Source: an uncultured Bacilli bacterium
Lineage (GTDB): Bacteria > Bacillota_I > Bacilli_A > RF39 > UBA660
Length of the DNA: 53,157 nt
Reading direction: 5' to 3'
NCBI GenBank assembly: GCA_934097105.1
Contig: CAKONI010000004.1
Span: 1-53,157, forward strand
This document shows, piece after piece, positions 44,359-53,157 of the stretch (the first letter of the stretch is position 1; the number at the start of each line of letters is the position of its first letter). Position numbers and translations under genes: made by a program. The notes below the pieces were generated by a model. It did no database searches, was not told the DNA's origin, and saw only the letters and a list, made by a program, of their open reading frames with translations.

Positions 44359-45166
44359 AAGTACACTTCCCTTGTTTTACAAAAACTTCTGCGTTTATGG
44401 CCATGCCTACGACGAATAAGTACGCTAATAAGTATAACCACATAAGTAAAATTAAAATATTTGCAAAATTACCATAAATTACATCATATGAGGCAATATT
44501 GGTAATGTAAAATGCATAAAGTTCTGTAACGATCATCCAACTTATTGTTGTGAATATTGCTCCTTTTGTTGTGGCTTTGCTTTTTATTTTAGTTGATGGT
44601 GCCATTGTAAATAGTAGTTTAATTATACTAAATACTATTAAGCAGGAAACTATTATTTTTAATAGTTTGTATATTATTCTATAACTGTATAAATTGGTGC
44701 TGAATAAATCTATTAATACTTTTACTATTAGGTCCCCTAGTAAGGGTATTAATATTACGAACAGTAGTAATAGTATTAGCATTATGGTCATTACGAATGA
44801 TTTTATTTTTAATTTGATAAATCTTGGTTGTTTTACCCCATATAACATATTTGAGGCTATTATTATTGAGGAAGGAGCATTTGATCCTAGTAATATATAA
44901 AGTATTATTACTACAAAGAATCCTTCAATTTGTATGTTTGATGATAGTTGCACTAGTATATCGGAAAAAGCATTTGGCATTACTGAACTTAAAGAATCTA
45001 GAAAGCTGAAGTCTTTATTTATGTAAGAGGCCACGGCTGTTGTTATGGCTGCGATTGGTACAATAGACATTAGAAAGTAAAAGGCTATTTGACCAGGTAA
45101 GATTTGCATTTCGGGCTTTTTTAATATACTTAAAAATGTTTTTTTTATTTCATTTAGGGTTTGCAT
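44312..45166 (-). CDS. YihY/BrkB family membrane protein
   Basis: Six predicted TM helices. N-terminal pattern QIAFYFLMSIVPIAAI is typical of the family. 284 aa. Confidence 0.7.
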   Translation of the reverse strand: MQTLNEIKKTFLSILKKPEMQILPGQIAFYFLMSIVPIAAITTAVASYINKDFSFLDSLSSVMPNAFSDILVQLSSNIQIEGFFVVIILYILLGSNAPSSIIIASNMLYGVKQPRFIKLKIKSFVMTIMLILLLLFVILIPLLGDLIVKVLIDLFSTNLYSYRIIYKLLKIIVSCLIVFSIIKLLFTMAPSTKIKSKATTKGAIFTTISWMIVTELYAFYITNIASYDVIYGNFANILILLMWLYLLAYLFVVGMAINAEVFVKQGKCTYEKRKKGNKENKEKQ

Positions 45167-47235
45167 TAATAATTTTGCTCCTTATCCATACGCATTTCGA
45201 TACTTGCTTCGTTTATGGCGTCGTCGATGGTTTTGATATCGTCTTCTATCATACTGAATCCAATTGCTGCGCCGAATCCATGTGGTAATTTTTCAAATTC
45301 TTTTGATAATTTGCTTATATAAGTACTGACTTGAGTTTTGTTGTAACCTATTAAGTATATTAAGAATTCGTTTCCATCGGTTCTAATTATTTCGCTTTTT
45401 TCAAGTTGAGTATTTATAAGAATTGCAGCGGCTTTTTTTATAAGAAGGTTACCTTCTTCTTGACCATAGTTATCGTTTACATATTTTAGATTATTTAAAT
45501 CTGCGATGATTATGGTTCTAGGTTTTATTTTTGCTTCGTCCCATTCATCTATGTGGGCTCTTAGGTAGTTTCTATTTTTTAGTGATGTAAGCATGTCACT
45601 ATATTTTAATACGTCTTGTCTACGTAGTACGCTTAGGCTTTTTTTGTTTTTTAAAAGTGCGAAAAGGCATACTGCTACGATTGGCAATATTAGTACTACT
45701 AAGACTAAAATGTATAGGTTTTTGAATCCGCCTTCGTTTGTTTCTTTGGCTATTAGATTGTTTACACTATTAAGTTTTAAACTGTTTGAGTCTTCATACA
45801 TTAGAACAAAATTAGTAAGATTATATAGTGCTTCTTCATTATTTTTGACGAAGAATCTATAAGATGCGTTGTAACTGTCTTTAAAGATTAGGTTGTAATC
45901 TGTTAATTTATTTTTATTTGAGTAATAATAGTAGTCTATTTCATCTAGTACAAGTATTGCATCGTCTTCGATATTTTGATTAATATTTTTTAGATTTTTT
46001 ATTATGCCATTGTAGTTATCGTTTAAATATGCATTTAGATATGTGTCTTTAAAGGCATAAATTTTTCTATTTTGAAGACCATGTTTATTGGTAATTAGGT
46101 AATTATCTTTACTTAGTGCAACCATTTTTGAATTAAATCCTGGTATGGTGTAACTACCTGATTCGTTTTTATAATCGAAGTCTATAAAGGCTATGTCTAC
46201 TTCACCGCTTTTTATTGCTTCGTCTAGTTTTTCGCTTGTTTTATATTCTTTGTAGTTAAATTCTATATTGGCCATTTCAGATATTTGATTTATATATTCT
46301 CCGGCGTAACCGTATAGTTTTTTTCCATCTTTTATGTTGTAATTGCTATCTTTTACATAACCATAGTTATAAATTTTTCTAGATAATGATGTTGTTTCGA
46401 TGTCTGTTGCGGATGTGTTTTTATGGTAGAAATCCATATATTCATTTTCTAATGATTTTGTATAGTATTTTTCTTTAAATAGAGAAATATATTTTTCCAT
46501 TATACTAGATAATTTTTTATTGTTTGTAGTTCTTAAAACTATTTTATTTGTTAGATCATCGAATGAATAATTAATATATAAGTTGTTTTTTACTATTTCT
46601 TGTAATGAGTAATATCTAGGTACTATAGCGAATTTAATCTTTCCTTTATTTATATCTGATGTTATGTCTGATAGATTAGAATAAGTTACTAGATTTTGAT
46701 TTTCTAGGAAGTTAGATATTGTTTTTTCTTCTTCTGAGAGTATACCTATTTTTTGATTATAAAGGTTGTTTAAATTGGTATAGTTTTCATTGTTTTTACT
46801 GATTACAACGTAGTTATCTTCAGTTATTAAAATATCTTTTTCTTCTAGTTTGTCGGTATTTTCTAGGATTAAAATAGAAAGTTCTTTGCTATCAATTGAG
46901 TTATTATAATTGTAGGCTTTTTTATTGAATCCTAAACCGGTATCTCTTTCTATTCTTTTTAATAGAGAAAAGACAATTCCATTTCCATCTTCTGCGACTA
47001 TATTGATGTTATTTGGAACATTTATGTCTATTAAGGTTTTTTTGTTTTTCATTATCCATTGTTTTTCTAAAATGGTAAGACTATTTTTGTCATCTTTTGC
47101 TGTTAAAAAGAAATAAATTGCTGTTACTAGAAGTACTATTATTATACCTATAATACAGTATTTTAAATAGTTATTATTTTTGTTTTTACTTTTGTTTGTT
47201 TTTCTTTTTTTACTTATTTTCTTGTTATTTTTCAT
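45166..47235 (-). CDS. Membrane sensor with an extracytoplasmic solute-binding-like region and a C-terminal degenerate GGDEF domain
   Basis: TM helix, about 470 aa outside, a second TM helix, then LTSLKNRNYL...ADLNNLKYVNDNYGQEEGN...RTDGNEFLIY. The signature reads DGNEF instead of GG(D/E)EF. Confidence 0.7.
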   Translation of the reverse strand: MKNNKKISKKRKTNKSKNKNNNYLKYCIIGIIIVLLVTAIYFFLTAKDDKNSLTILEKQWIMKNKKTLIDINVPNNINIVAEDGNGIVFSLLKRIERDTGLGFNKKAYNYNNSIDSKELSILILENTDKLEEKDILITEDNYVVISKNNENYTNLNNLYNQKIGILSEEEKTISNFLENQNLVTYSNLSDITSDINKGKIKFAIVPRYYSLQEIVKNNLYINYSFDDLTNKIVLRTTNNKKLSSIMEKYISLFKEKYYTKSLENEYMDFYHKNTSATDIETTSLSRKIYNYGYVKDSNYNIKDGKKLYGYAGEYINQISEMANIEFNYKEYKTSEKLDEAIKSGEVDIAFIDFDYKNESGSYTIPGFNSKMVALSKDNYLITNKHGLQNRKIYAFKDTYLNAYLNDNYNGIIKNLKNINQNIEDDAILVLDEIDYYYYSNKNKLTDYNLIFKDSYNASYRFFVKNNEEALYNLTNFVLMYEDSNSLKLNSVNNLIAKETNEGGFKNLYILVLVVLILPIVAVCLFALLKNKKSLSVLRRQDVLKYSDMLTSLKNRNYLRAHIDEWDEAKIKPRTIIIADLNNLKYVNDNYGQEEGNLLIKKAAAILINTQLEKSEIIRTDGNEFLIYLIGYNKTQVSTYISKLSKEFEKLPHGFGAAIGFSMIEDDIKTIDDAINEASIEMRMDKEQNY

Positions 47236-47246
47236 GGGCTTCCTCC

Positions 47247-47702
47247 CTAGTATGTGAATCCTTTGGCTGTACTACTTTTGTATCCAATTATAGGAAAATT
47301 TTTAGATTTTTCATTTTCGCTAGTTATAAATAGTTGAATGTCGTAAAATGACAATTGAGATTTGCTTAAATTTTTGGTTACTGTGGCTCCTAATTTTTTT
47401 GCTGTTTTTGTGGTTGTGCCACTTTTTACTTCTATAATTACATTAACTATTTTACCTTTTATATCAGTTTTTGCTGATGAAACTATTTTTTCGTCTTTTA
47501 AACTACTGATAATTTTTTCTTTTTCATCGTTTGTAATTTCTACTTTTTCGATACCATCAAGACGATTTCCATAGACTGGTTTTCCTGATTTTGGTATAAC
47601 CATTCCATATAAAATCCATCCTAGGATAAATAAAAACAAAAATATTAAAAACACTGTTGTGGTAAATTTATTTTCTTTAAGTTCTTTTATTATATTATTC
47701 AT
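47247..47702 (-). CDS. Small membrane-anchored protein, hypothetical
   Basis: Start moved to ATG 47702 behind an AAGGAG RBS. One TM helix and then a roughly 110-aa domain. Any likeness to YhcN/YlaJ-type proteins is only impressionistic. Confidence 0.45.
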   Translation of the reverse strand: MNNIIKELKENKFTTTVFLIFLFLFILGWILYGMVIPKSGKPVYGNRLDGIEKVEITNDEKEKIISSLKDEKIVSSAKTDIKGKIVNVIIEVKSGTTTKTAKKLGATVTKNLSKSQLSFYDIQLFITSENEKSKNFPIIGYKSSTAKGFTY

Positions 47703-47748
47703 ATGAATCACTCCTTATTATAAATTATAGCTTATATTGCTATAATAA

Positions 47749-49170
47749 TCAAATATTATTTATTTCTTCTTTTAAATATTCACTAGCGAGTTTGGGATTT
47801 ACTTTGCCTTTTGACTCTTTCATAACCATTCCCATTAGGAATTTGAAGGCATTTTCTTTACCATTTTTATATTCTATAGCAGAGTTTATGTTTTTTTCTA
47901 GTACTGTTTTTATTATTTTTATTATTTCATCTTTGTCTGAGATTTGACTTGCACCTTCTTTTTTTATTATTTCATCTAGAGAAGATGTGGTTTCTAGAAC
48001 TTTGTTTAGAATTTCTTTCATTATTTTTGAGGATATTTTTCCTTCTTCTAGATAGTTTACTAAAGGTATGAATTTTTCTTTGGTTAGGTTTGTACTAAAA
48101 ATACTAGTTCTTTTACTGTTTAAGTATGATGAGATATCTCCGAGTAATATATTACTTGCTATTTTGAAGTTTATGTTTTCTTCTAGAAACTGGTTAATGT
48201 AATCTGATAATTCTTTATTTTGAATAAGTTTATTTATATTTAATTCTGGGATGTTTTTTTCTTGATATAGTTTTCTTCTTTCGTTTGGTAAAATTTCTAA
48301 GTTTTCTTTGGCTTTTAGAATCATTTCATCAGTGATGTATAGATATGGGATATCTGGTTCTGGAAGAAAACGATAGTCTTTGTTTGGTTCTTTTTTTCTC
48401 ATGAAGATGGTTTCTTCTTTTGATGAGTCGAATCTTCTTGTGTCTTCTTCTAGTGCTTCTTTGGATTCTAATTTTTTTATTTGTCTTTTCATTTCCATGT
48501 CGATGGCATCACCGATATTTGAAATTGATCCTATGTTTTTTATTTCTGATCTAGTTCCTAACTTTTCTGTTTTGCTTACTGAGATGTTTACGTCACAGCG
48601 CATTGAACCTTCTTCTATTTTACAGTCTGATACTCCGGCATAGTAAAGTATTTCTCTTAGAGTTTTGGCATATTCCATTGCTTCTTCTTTGCTTTTCATA
48701 TCTGGTTTTGATACTATTTCGATTAAAGGTACTCCACATCTATTGTAGTTAAGTAGTGTTTTATCTTTGTGATGAAGACTTTTGGCGGTATCTTCTTCGA
48801 TATGGATTCTTTCTATACCGATTTTCTTTTTCTTTTTATCTATTTCAATTTCAAGGAAACCATCTTTTCCGATTGGAGTTTCCATTTGAGTTATTTGATA
48901 ACCTTTTGGCAAATCTGCATAGTAATAGTTTTTACGATCGAAGTGCATAACTTTTGCGATTTTCATATTAAGAGCAAGGCATGCTTTTATAGCGTTTTCT
49001 ATTACTTGTTCGTTTACTGTTGGTAGTGTTCCTGGGTATCCTAAGTCTATTTCGTTGATGTTAGTATTGGCGGGATCGCTATAGTTATTTTTTGAGGGAG
49101 AAAAAACTTTTGAGTTTGTTTTTAGTTCAAGGTGCACTTCTATACCTATTGTTGGTTTGTAATCATTCAT
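47749..49170 (-). CDS. gatB: Asp-tRNA(Asn)/Glu-tRNA(Gln) amidotransferase subunit B
   Basis: PTIGIEVHLELKT, GYPGTLP, RCDVNIS, and a C-terminal YqeY-like domain. Overlaps the gatA stop. Confidence 0.95.
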   Translation of the reverse strand: MNDYKPTIGIEVHLELKTNSKVFSPSKNNYSDPANTNINEIDLGYPGTLPTVNEQVIENAIKACLALNMKIAKVMHFDRKNYYYADLPKGYQITQMETPIGKDGFLEIEIDKKKKKIGIERIHIEEDTAKSLHHKDKTLLNYNRCGVPLIEIVSKPDMKSKEEAMEYAKTLREILYYAGVSDCKIEEGSMRCDVNISVSKTEKLGTRSEIKNIGSISNIGDAIDMEMKRQIKKLESKEALEEDTRRFDSSKEETIFMRKKEPNKDYRFLPEPDIPYLYITDEMILKAKENLEILPNERRKLYQEKNIPELNINKLIQNKELSDYINQFLEENINFKIASNILLGDISSYLNSKRTSIFSTNLTKEKFIPLVNYLEEGKISSKIMKEILNKVLETTSSLDEIIKKEGASQISDKDEIIKIIKTVLEKNINSAIEYKNGKENAFKFLMGMVMKESKGKVNPKLASEYLKEEINNI

Positions 49171-50617
49171 TGTTATTCCTCCTTGGATTTAAGTTTAGAT
49201 TTAAGGTTTGTTCTATAAAATATGCTAGTTTATAAATTGTACTTTCGCAAAAGGCGTTTCCTATTATTTGCATTCCTATAGGCATATTTTCTTTTGAAAA
49301 TCCTATTGGTAAGGAAAGTCCTGGTAGCCCGGCCATATTTACAGGGATTGTAAGTATATCATCTACGAATGATTTGTTTGGATCGTCAAGTGATGAGCCT
49401 ATTTTATAAGGCAAGGTTGTTGTTGTGGGTCCGATTATAAGATCGTAGGATGCGAATACTTTTGAAAATGATTGTGATAAGGCTTTTCTTACTTTTAGGG
49501 CTCTGTTATAGTAGTATTCTACATTGTCTCCGCTTAGGACATAAGATCCAATCATGATGCGGCGTTTTACTTCATCGCCGAAGGCTTCACTTCTGGTGTT
49601 ATAATAATAGTCTTCTAGTGAGGTGAAGTTTTTTGTGTGATATCCATATTTTATTCCGTCGAAGCGCGCTAAATTTGATGATGCTTCAGCGAGCGCTATT
49701 ACTTGATAAAGTGGTACTGCTTTTTCTAAGTAAGGAATGTCTATTATGTCTACTTTTGCTCCGCTTTTTTCGAGTAATTCTTTTATATTATTAAATATTT
49801 TTAATATTTCGTCATCTATTACATCGCTAATATAAAATTTAGGGATGGCTATTTTCATATTTTTTATGTTTTCTCCTAGGTGTTTGGTAAAATCTTCTTC
49901 TTTTGATACACATGTTAAGTCTTTGTTATCTTTTTTGCCTAGGACTCCTAATAAGGAGGCATTTTCGTAGACGTTTCTAGTTATAGGGCCTATTTGATCT
50001 AGACTTGATGCGAAGGCTATAAGTCCAAAACGAGATACTCTTCCGTATGTTGGTTTAAGTCCTACTGTACCGCAAAAGGAAGATGGTTGGCGAATAGATC
50101 CTCCTGTATCTGAACCTAATGATAAGGGTACTAATCCTTGAGAAACTGAGGCGCATGATCCTCCAGATGATCCACCGGATACTAGGCTTTTATTCCATGG
50201 ATTTAGTACAGGTCCATAAAAACTGGTTTGATTAGATGATCCCATGGCGAATTCGTCCATATTTGTTTTTCCTATAATAATCATCTTTTTTTCGTTTATT
50301 AAGGAAACAACATGGGCATCGTAAGTTGGCACGAAGTTTGAAAGCATTTTTGAGCCTGCTGTTGTTAGAATATTTTTTGTTACTATGTTGTCTTTGAGCG
50401 CTATTGGGATTCCATAGAAAATATTGTCTTTTTCTACTTTTCCTTCAAGTTCATGGGCTCTTTTTATGGCTTCTTCTTTATTTAGTGTGATAAAACTATT
50501 GGTGTCATCATTTTCAATTTTTGTGAATGCTTCATTAACTAAATCTATTGGTTTTATTTTGCCATCTACTAGTAAGTTATGTATTTCTTTTATATCTAAA
50601 TCTAAATAATTATTCAT
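49163..50617 (-). CDS. gatA: Amidotransferase subunit A (amidase signature)
   Basis: Amidase signature GGSSGGSCASV...GSDTGGSIRQP. Start moved to ATG 50617 (MNNYLD) behind an AGGTG RBS. Confidence 0.95.
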   Translation of the reverse strand: MNNYLDLDIKEIHNLLVDGKIKPIDLVNEAFTKIENDDTNSFITLNKEEAIKRAHELEGKVEKDNIFYGIPIALKDNIVTKNILTTAGSKMLSNFVPTYDAHVVSLINEKKMIIIGKTNMDEFAMGSSNQTSFYGPVLNPWNKSLVSGGSSGGSCASVSQGLVPLSLGSDTGGSIRQPSSFCGTVGLKPTYGRVSRFGLIAFASSLDQIGPITRNVYENASLLGVLGKKDNKDLTCVSKEEDFTKHLGENIKNMKIAIPKFYISDVIDDEILKIFNNIKELLEKSGAKVDIIDIPYLEKAVPLYQVIALAEASSNLARFDGIKYGYHTKNFTSLEDYYYNTRSEAFGDEVKRRIMIGSYVLSGDNVEYYYNRALKVRKALSQSFSKVFASYDLIIGPTTTTLPYKIGSSLDDPNKSFVDDILTIPVNMAGLPGLSLPIGFSKENMPIGMQIIGNAFCESTIYKLAYFIEQTLNLNLNPRRNNNE

Positions 50618-50903
50618 CGAAAACACCTGCCACTTCTATAAAATTTTCGAATTTAACTGGTGCATTATTAATTATTTCTTTTGGATTTTGACTATTTGAA
50701 AATTCATCTTTTCTTAAAGAACAATCTAGTCTAAAAGGGGCAATTAATGCCTCTTCGTTATCAATTTCAACATCAGTTATTTTATTTATTTCATCCATTA
50801 AGGATTTAAGTTGATGAGAGAATTTTTCTGTTTCTTCATCACTAAGTTTTAATCTAGCAAGTTCTGCTACGTGGAGAACTTCTTCGTTAGTTAATTTGTT
50901 CAT
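50610..50903 (-). CDS. gatC: Amidotransferase subunit C
   Basis: 97 aa. VLHVAELARLKLSDEE is typical of GatC, and it heads the gatCAB operon. Confidence 0.9.
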   Translation of the reverse strand: MNKLTNEEVLHVAELARLKLSDEETEKFSHQLKSLMDEINKITDVEIDNEEALIAPFRLDCSLRKDEFSNSQNPKEIINNAPVKFENFIEVAGVFDE

Positions 50904-50976
50904 AAAGTCCCTTTCCTTTCTGTAATATTATATCATGTATGCCATAAATTGTAAATTTATTAGAATTAAATTGTTG

Positions 50977-51008
50977 AAAGAAAAAAGTACATAGAAATTT
51001 ATGTACTT
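50977..51008 (-). terminator. Rho-independent terminator after the 51011 gene
   Basis: Stem aagtacat (50985-50992) / atgtactt (51001-51008). TTTTTTCTTTC follows on the minus strand, 3 nt after the stop. Confidence 0.65.
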
Positions 51009-51010
51009 AG

Positions 51011-53157
51011 TTAGTTTAAGTTACTTATTACAGCACGGGTGGAATATACAGAAAAAGCATTTCCAAAATATCCATTAAAATAGAAAAGTCCTACATATGA
51101 ACCAACATAATTTCCACCACGTATAAACCAAGAATCACCACCAGTAGATGGTAAATAAGCATAATCGTTATACCAGCCATACCAATTAGATGGTGCCATT
51201 TCCTTAGTGGCATCTCCTAATTTAAGTTTTTCGTATTCATTTCCTTTCGTTAAATAACTATAACTATCATAATATCTCTTACTTGGAAAATCATACGTTA
51301 ATGTTTTCTGACCTCCTTGAGATAAATATCCTGTAAATCCTGAGTGCTTAGGCTCTCCTCCATAAATCGTATATCCACTCATCATTGTTCCATCAGTATA
51401 AACTAAATCACTCATCATATATTCATCAACTCCACCACTCATGTCGTATATACCATATATATTTCCTGTGGTACTTGCAAGTACTCCTTTTTCTCCATTA
51501 TATTTGTTTGCATCTGTTGTACAAGTTGATGTGCTATAATCAGATTTAATAGAGTCCGCTGCTATACCAGTCAAATGACTACTACAATTGTTTTTTGTTA
51601 CTTCGGTGCACGTACCACTTTCGCATCTTCCATATTTTGAATGATAAAGATATGTTACAGCACCCCATTCAGTATTTTTCATCATGTGGGTTTCGTCGTT
51701 TTTATTAAATCCATACTTGTTGCCACTTTCTCTCATGTTATATATATCATTAAAGAAAGTCCCTACCATTGCCCCTTGCCATGAAACTGCATTCGGTATT
51801 ATATTAGGTCTTATTGTTGTCAAGTTACATCCTGAACCTACATCAGCATTATCACTATAATTGCAATCCGTATCACTTGAAACTTCAAACTTACCTACCC
51901 ATATTCCTGTTAGTTCTTCTCCAGATTCTCTCTTGCTATTATCATTTTTGTCCCACCAAAATGCTGGATGTGTATAGGTAGAAGTCCCTGCTTTTAAACT
52001 TCCATTTACACTATCTGTGCAAACCTCTGATATAGCATTTCCGTCACTATCTGTTTGATTTATCGCATCAGTACAAGAAATTGTACCACTACTAGTTGTT
52101 CCTTTTTCAAACTTTATTTTTATTTCTTCTGGGGTATTTGTATTTAAATAAGTGTATGTGTATCTAGGTATCCATACCCACATTGCATTTATTGCATCCA
52201 TTGGTATTTCTGTTCCTAAATTTGCATCAACATAATAATTGCGCAAAAAAGCCTTGGCAACATATTCATCAACTTTGGTTATTGTGCTAGATGCCTCCGT
52301 TATTTTATATGGCTTCTCACAAGATTTTTCAGTAACTGTTGGACACACATATTTACCCACCAAACTACTGGATATAGTTTCTGTACTTGTATTATTTAAA
52401 TCATATAATCCAGAAGACTCACTATAAGAAATATTATCTCCAACTATCACCCCAGAACTAGTAAAATCTTTCTCAACTACAGTCCAGTCTTGATGAGCAT
52501 TTCCTCCTGCATCACTACTTGTTGTATAACTTACTAAAGTATTGGATGGATATGTAAAACTATCAAGTACCCCATTATCATTACCACTATTGCCACTACT
52601 ATCCTTTGCATATTTTGCAGTTATTACATATGTATCACCTACTGAAGCACTATCTGAAAATGTATTACTACTTTCACCACTTGCACCATCCATGACAGTA
52701 GTTATATGACCACTATTTTTAGTAACTGTTACGGTAAGTTTATCATATTTAGATTCACTGGATACAGTTGCTTTAAATCCAAAAGTTCCTGCGGTATTAA
52801 TCCTTACTGTTATATTTATTCTACTATCTGCATTATTAACGTTATATCCACCACTTGTAAACTCATTGGGTAACTTTACAGAAATAGTCTTATTCGTCAG
52901 GGAAACGCTTTTGTTTTTAGTGATAGACTCTCCGATCTTAGAATTTTCTTTAACAGTAACAGCATTTGCCCACATTTTATTATTATAATCATACCATTTA
53001 TACTTCTTATCACTGTTAGTGCTATCTGCCTTTCTCCATGCATCGCTTGTTTCGTCATAATAAACTGATATCATATTGCTAGAAAGAAGTGGCGCATTTG
53101 CTCCACTTTTATCTAAATTAGGTTTAACATAAGTCATTTCTATAGTTTCTTTACCTT
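51011..53157 (-). CDS. Large secreted protein (715 or more aa; 5' end off the window) with an FGE-sulfatase (SUMF1/DUF323)-like C-terminal domain
   Basis: The frame is open upstream of the track's Met through to the window edge (..GKETIE-MTYVK). C-terminal motifs GIWVGKFEVS, HMMKNTEWGAVTYL, TGNIYGIYDMSGGVDEYM and WFIRGGNYVGSYVGLFYF...STRAVI parallel FGE-domain motifs (GLYDMSGNVWEW, RGGSW...FR). Confidence 0.55.
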   Translation of the reverse strand, partial: GKETIEMTYVKPNLDKSGANAPLLSSNMISVYYDETSDAWRKADSTNSDKKYKWYDYNNKMWANAVTVKENSKIGESITKNKSVSLTNKTISVKLPNEFTSGGYNVNNADSRINITVRINTAGTFGFKATVSSESKYDKLTVTVTKNSGHITTVMDGASGESSNTFSDSASVGDTYVITAKYAKDSSGNSGNDNGVLDSFTYPSNTLVSYTTSSDAGGNAHQDWTVVEKDFTSSGVIVGDNISYSESSGLYDLNNTSTETISSSLVGKYVCPTVTEKSCEKPYKITEASSTITKVDEYVAKAFLRNYYVDANLGTEIPMDAINAMWVWIPRYTYTYLNTNTPEEIKIKFEKGTTSSGTISCTDAINQTDSDGNAISEVCTDSVNGSLKAGTSTYTHPAFWWDKNDNSKRESGEELTGIWVGKFEVSSDTDCNYSDNADVGSGCNLTTIRPNIIPNAVSWQGAMVGTFFNDIYNMRESGNKYGFNKNDETHMMKNTEWGAVTYLYHSKYGRCESGTCTEVTKNNCSSHLTGIAADSIKSDYSTSTCTTDANKYNGEKGVLASTTGNIYGIYDMSGGVDEYMMSDLVYTDGTMMSGYTIYGGEPKHSGFTGYLSQGGQKTLTYDFPSKRYYDSYSYLTKGNEYEKLKLGDATKEMAPSNWYGWYNDYAYLPSTGGDSWFIRGGNYVGSYVGLFYFNGYFGNAFSVYSTRAVISNLN

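Overview
This is a very AT-rich, low-GC Firmicute chromosomal window (by eye; nothing computed). Almost every gene is on the minus strand. The housekeeping backbone is gatCAB, a T-box-controlled aspS, ffh, an M16 peptidase pair, deoD, ftsK/spoIIIE, lon, ltaS and mraY-murF. Surface and accessory genes are mixed in. These are a BspA/DUF285 repeat protein, a sortase B with a vWFA-7xCnaB adhesin carrying a PPKTG signal, a GH25 autolysin with cell-wall-binding repeats, and two large secreted proteins, one with a prepilin-type N-terminus and a 24-cysteine tail. There are two tRNAs, Arg-ACG and Lys-CTT. I saw no rRNA, CRISPR array or IS transposase.

The most interesting locus is a spoVD-type class B penicillin-binding protein gene cut in two (18363-19409 and 12726-13594). 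The cut falls exactly at the SxN active-site motif. The insert is a 4.77-kb element (13591-18367) bounded by a 4-bp TTGC repeat. It carries an intact large serine recombinase alongside several decayed genes (in-frame stops, truncation, possible frameshifts). Joining the flanks restores ...ENSCN|PGFV... in frame. This looks like a skin-type intervening element in a mother-cell sporulation gene.

The recombinase ORF reads across the left junction into host DNA. After excision it would be fused in frame to the ORF at the other end of the element, so its C-terminus depends on integration state.

Other sporulation-lineage hints are a Cse60 homologue and a start-less collagen/BclA-like ORF. All calls come from reading the sequence and ORF translations; no database searches were run.
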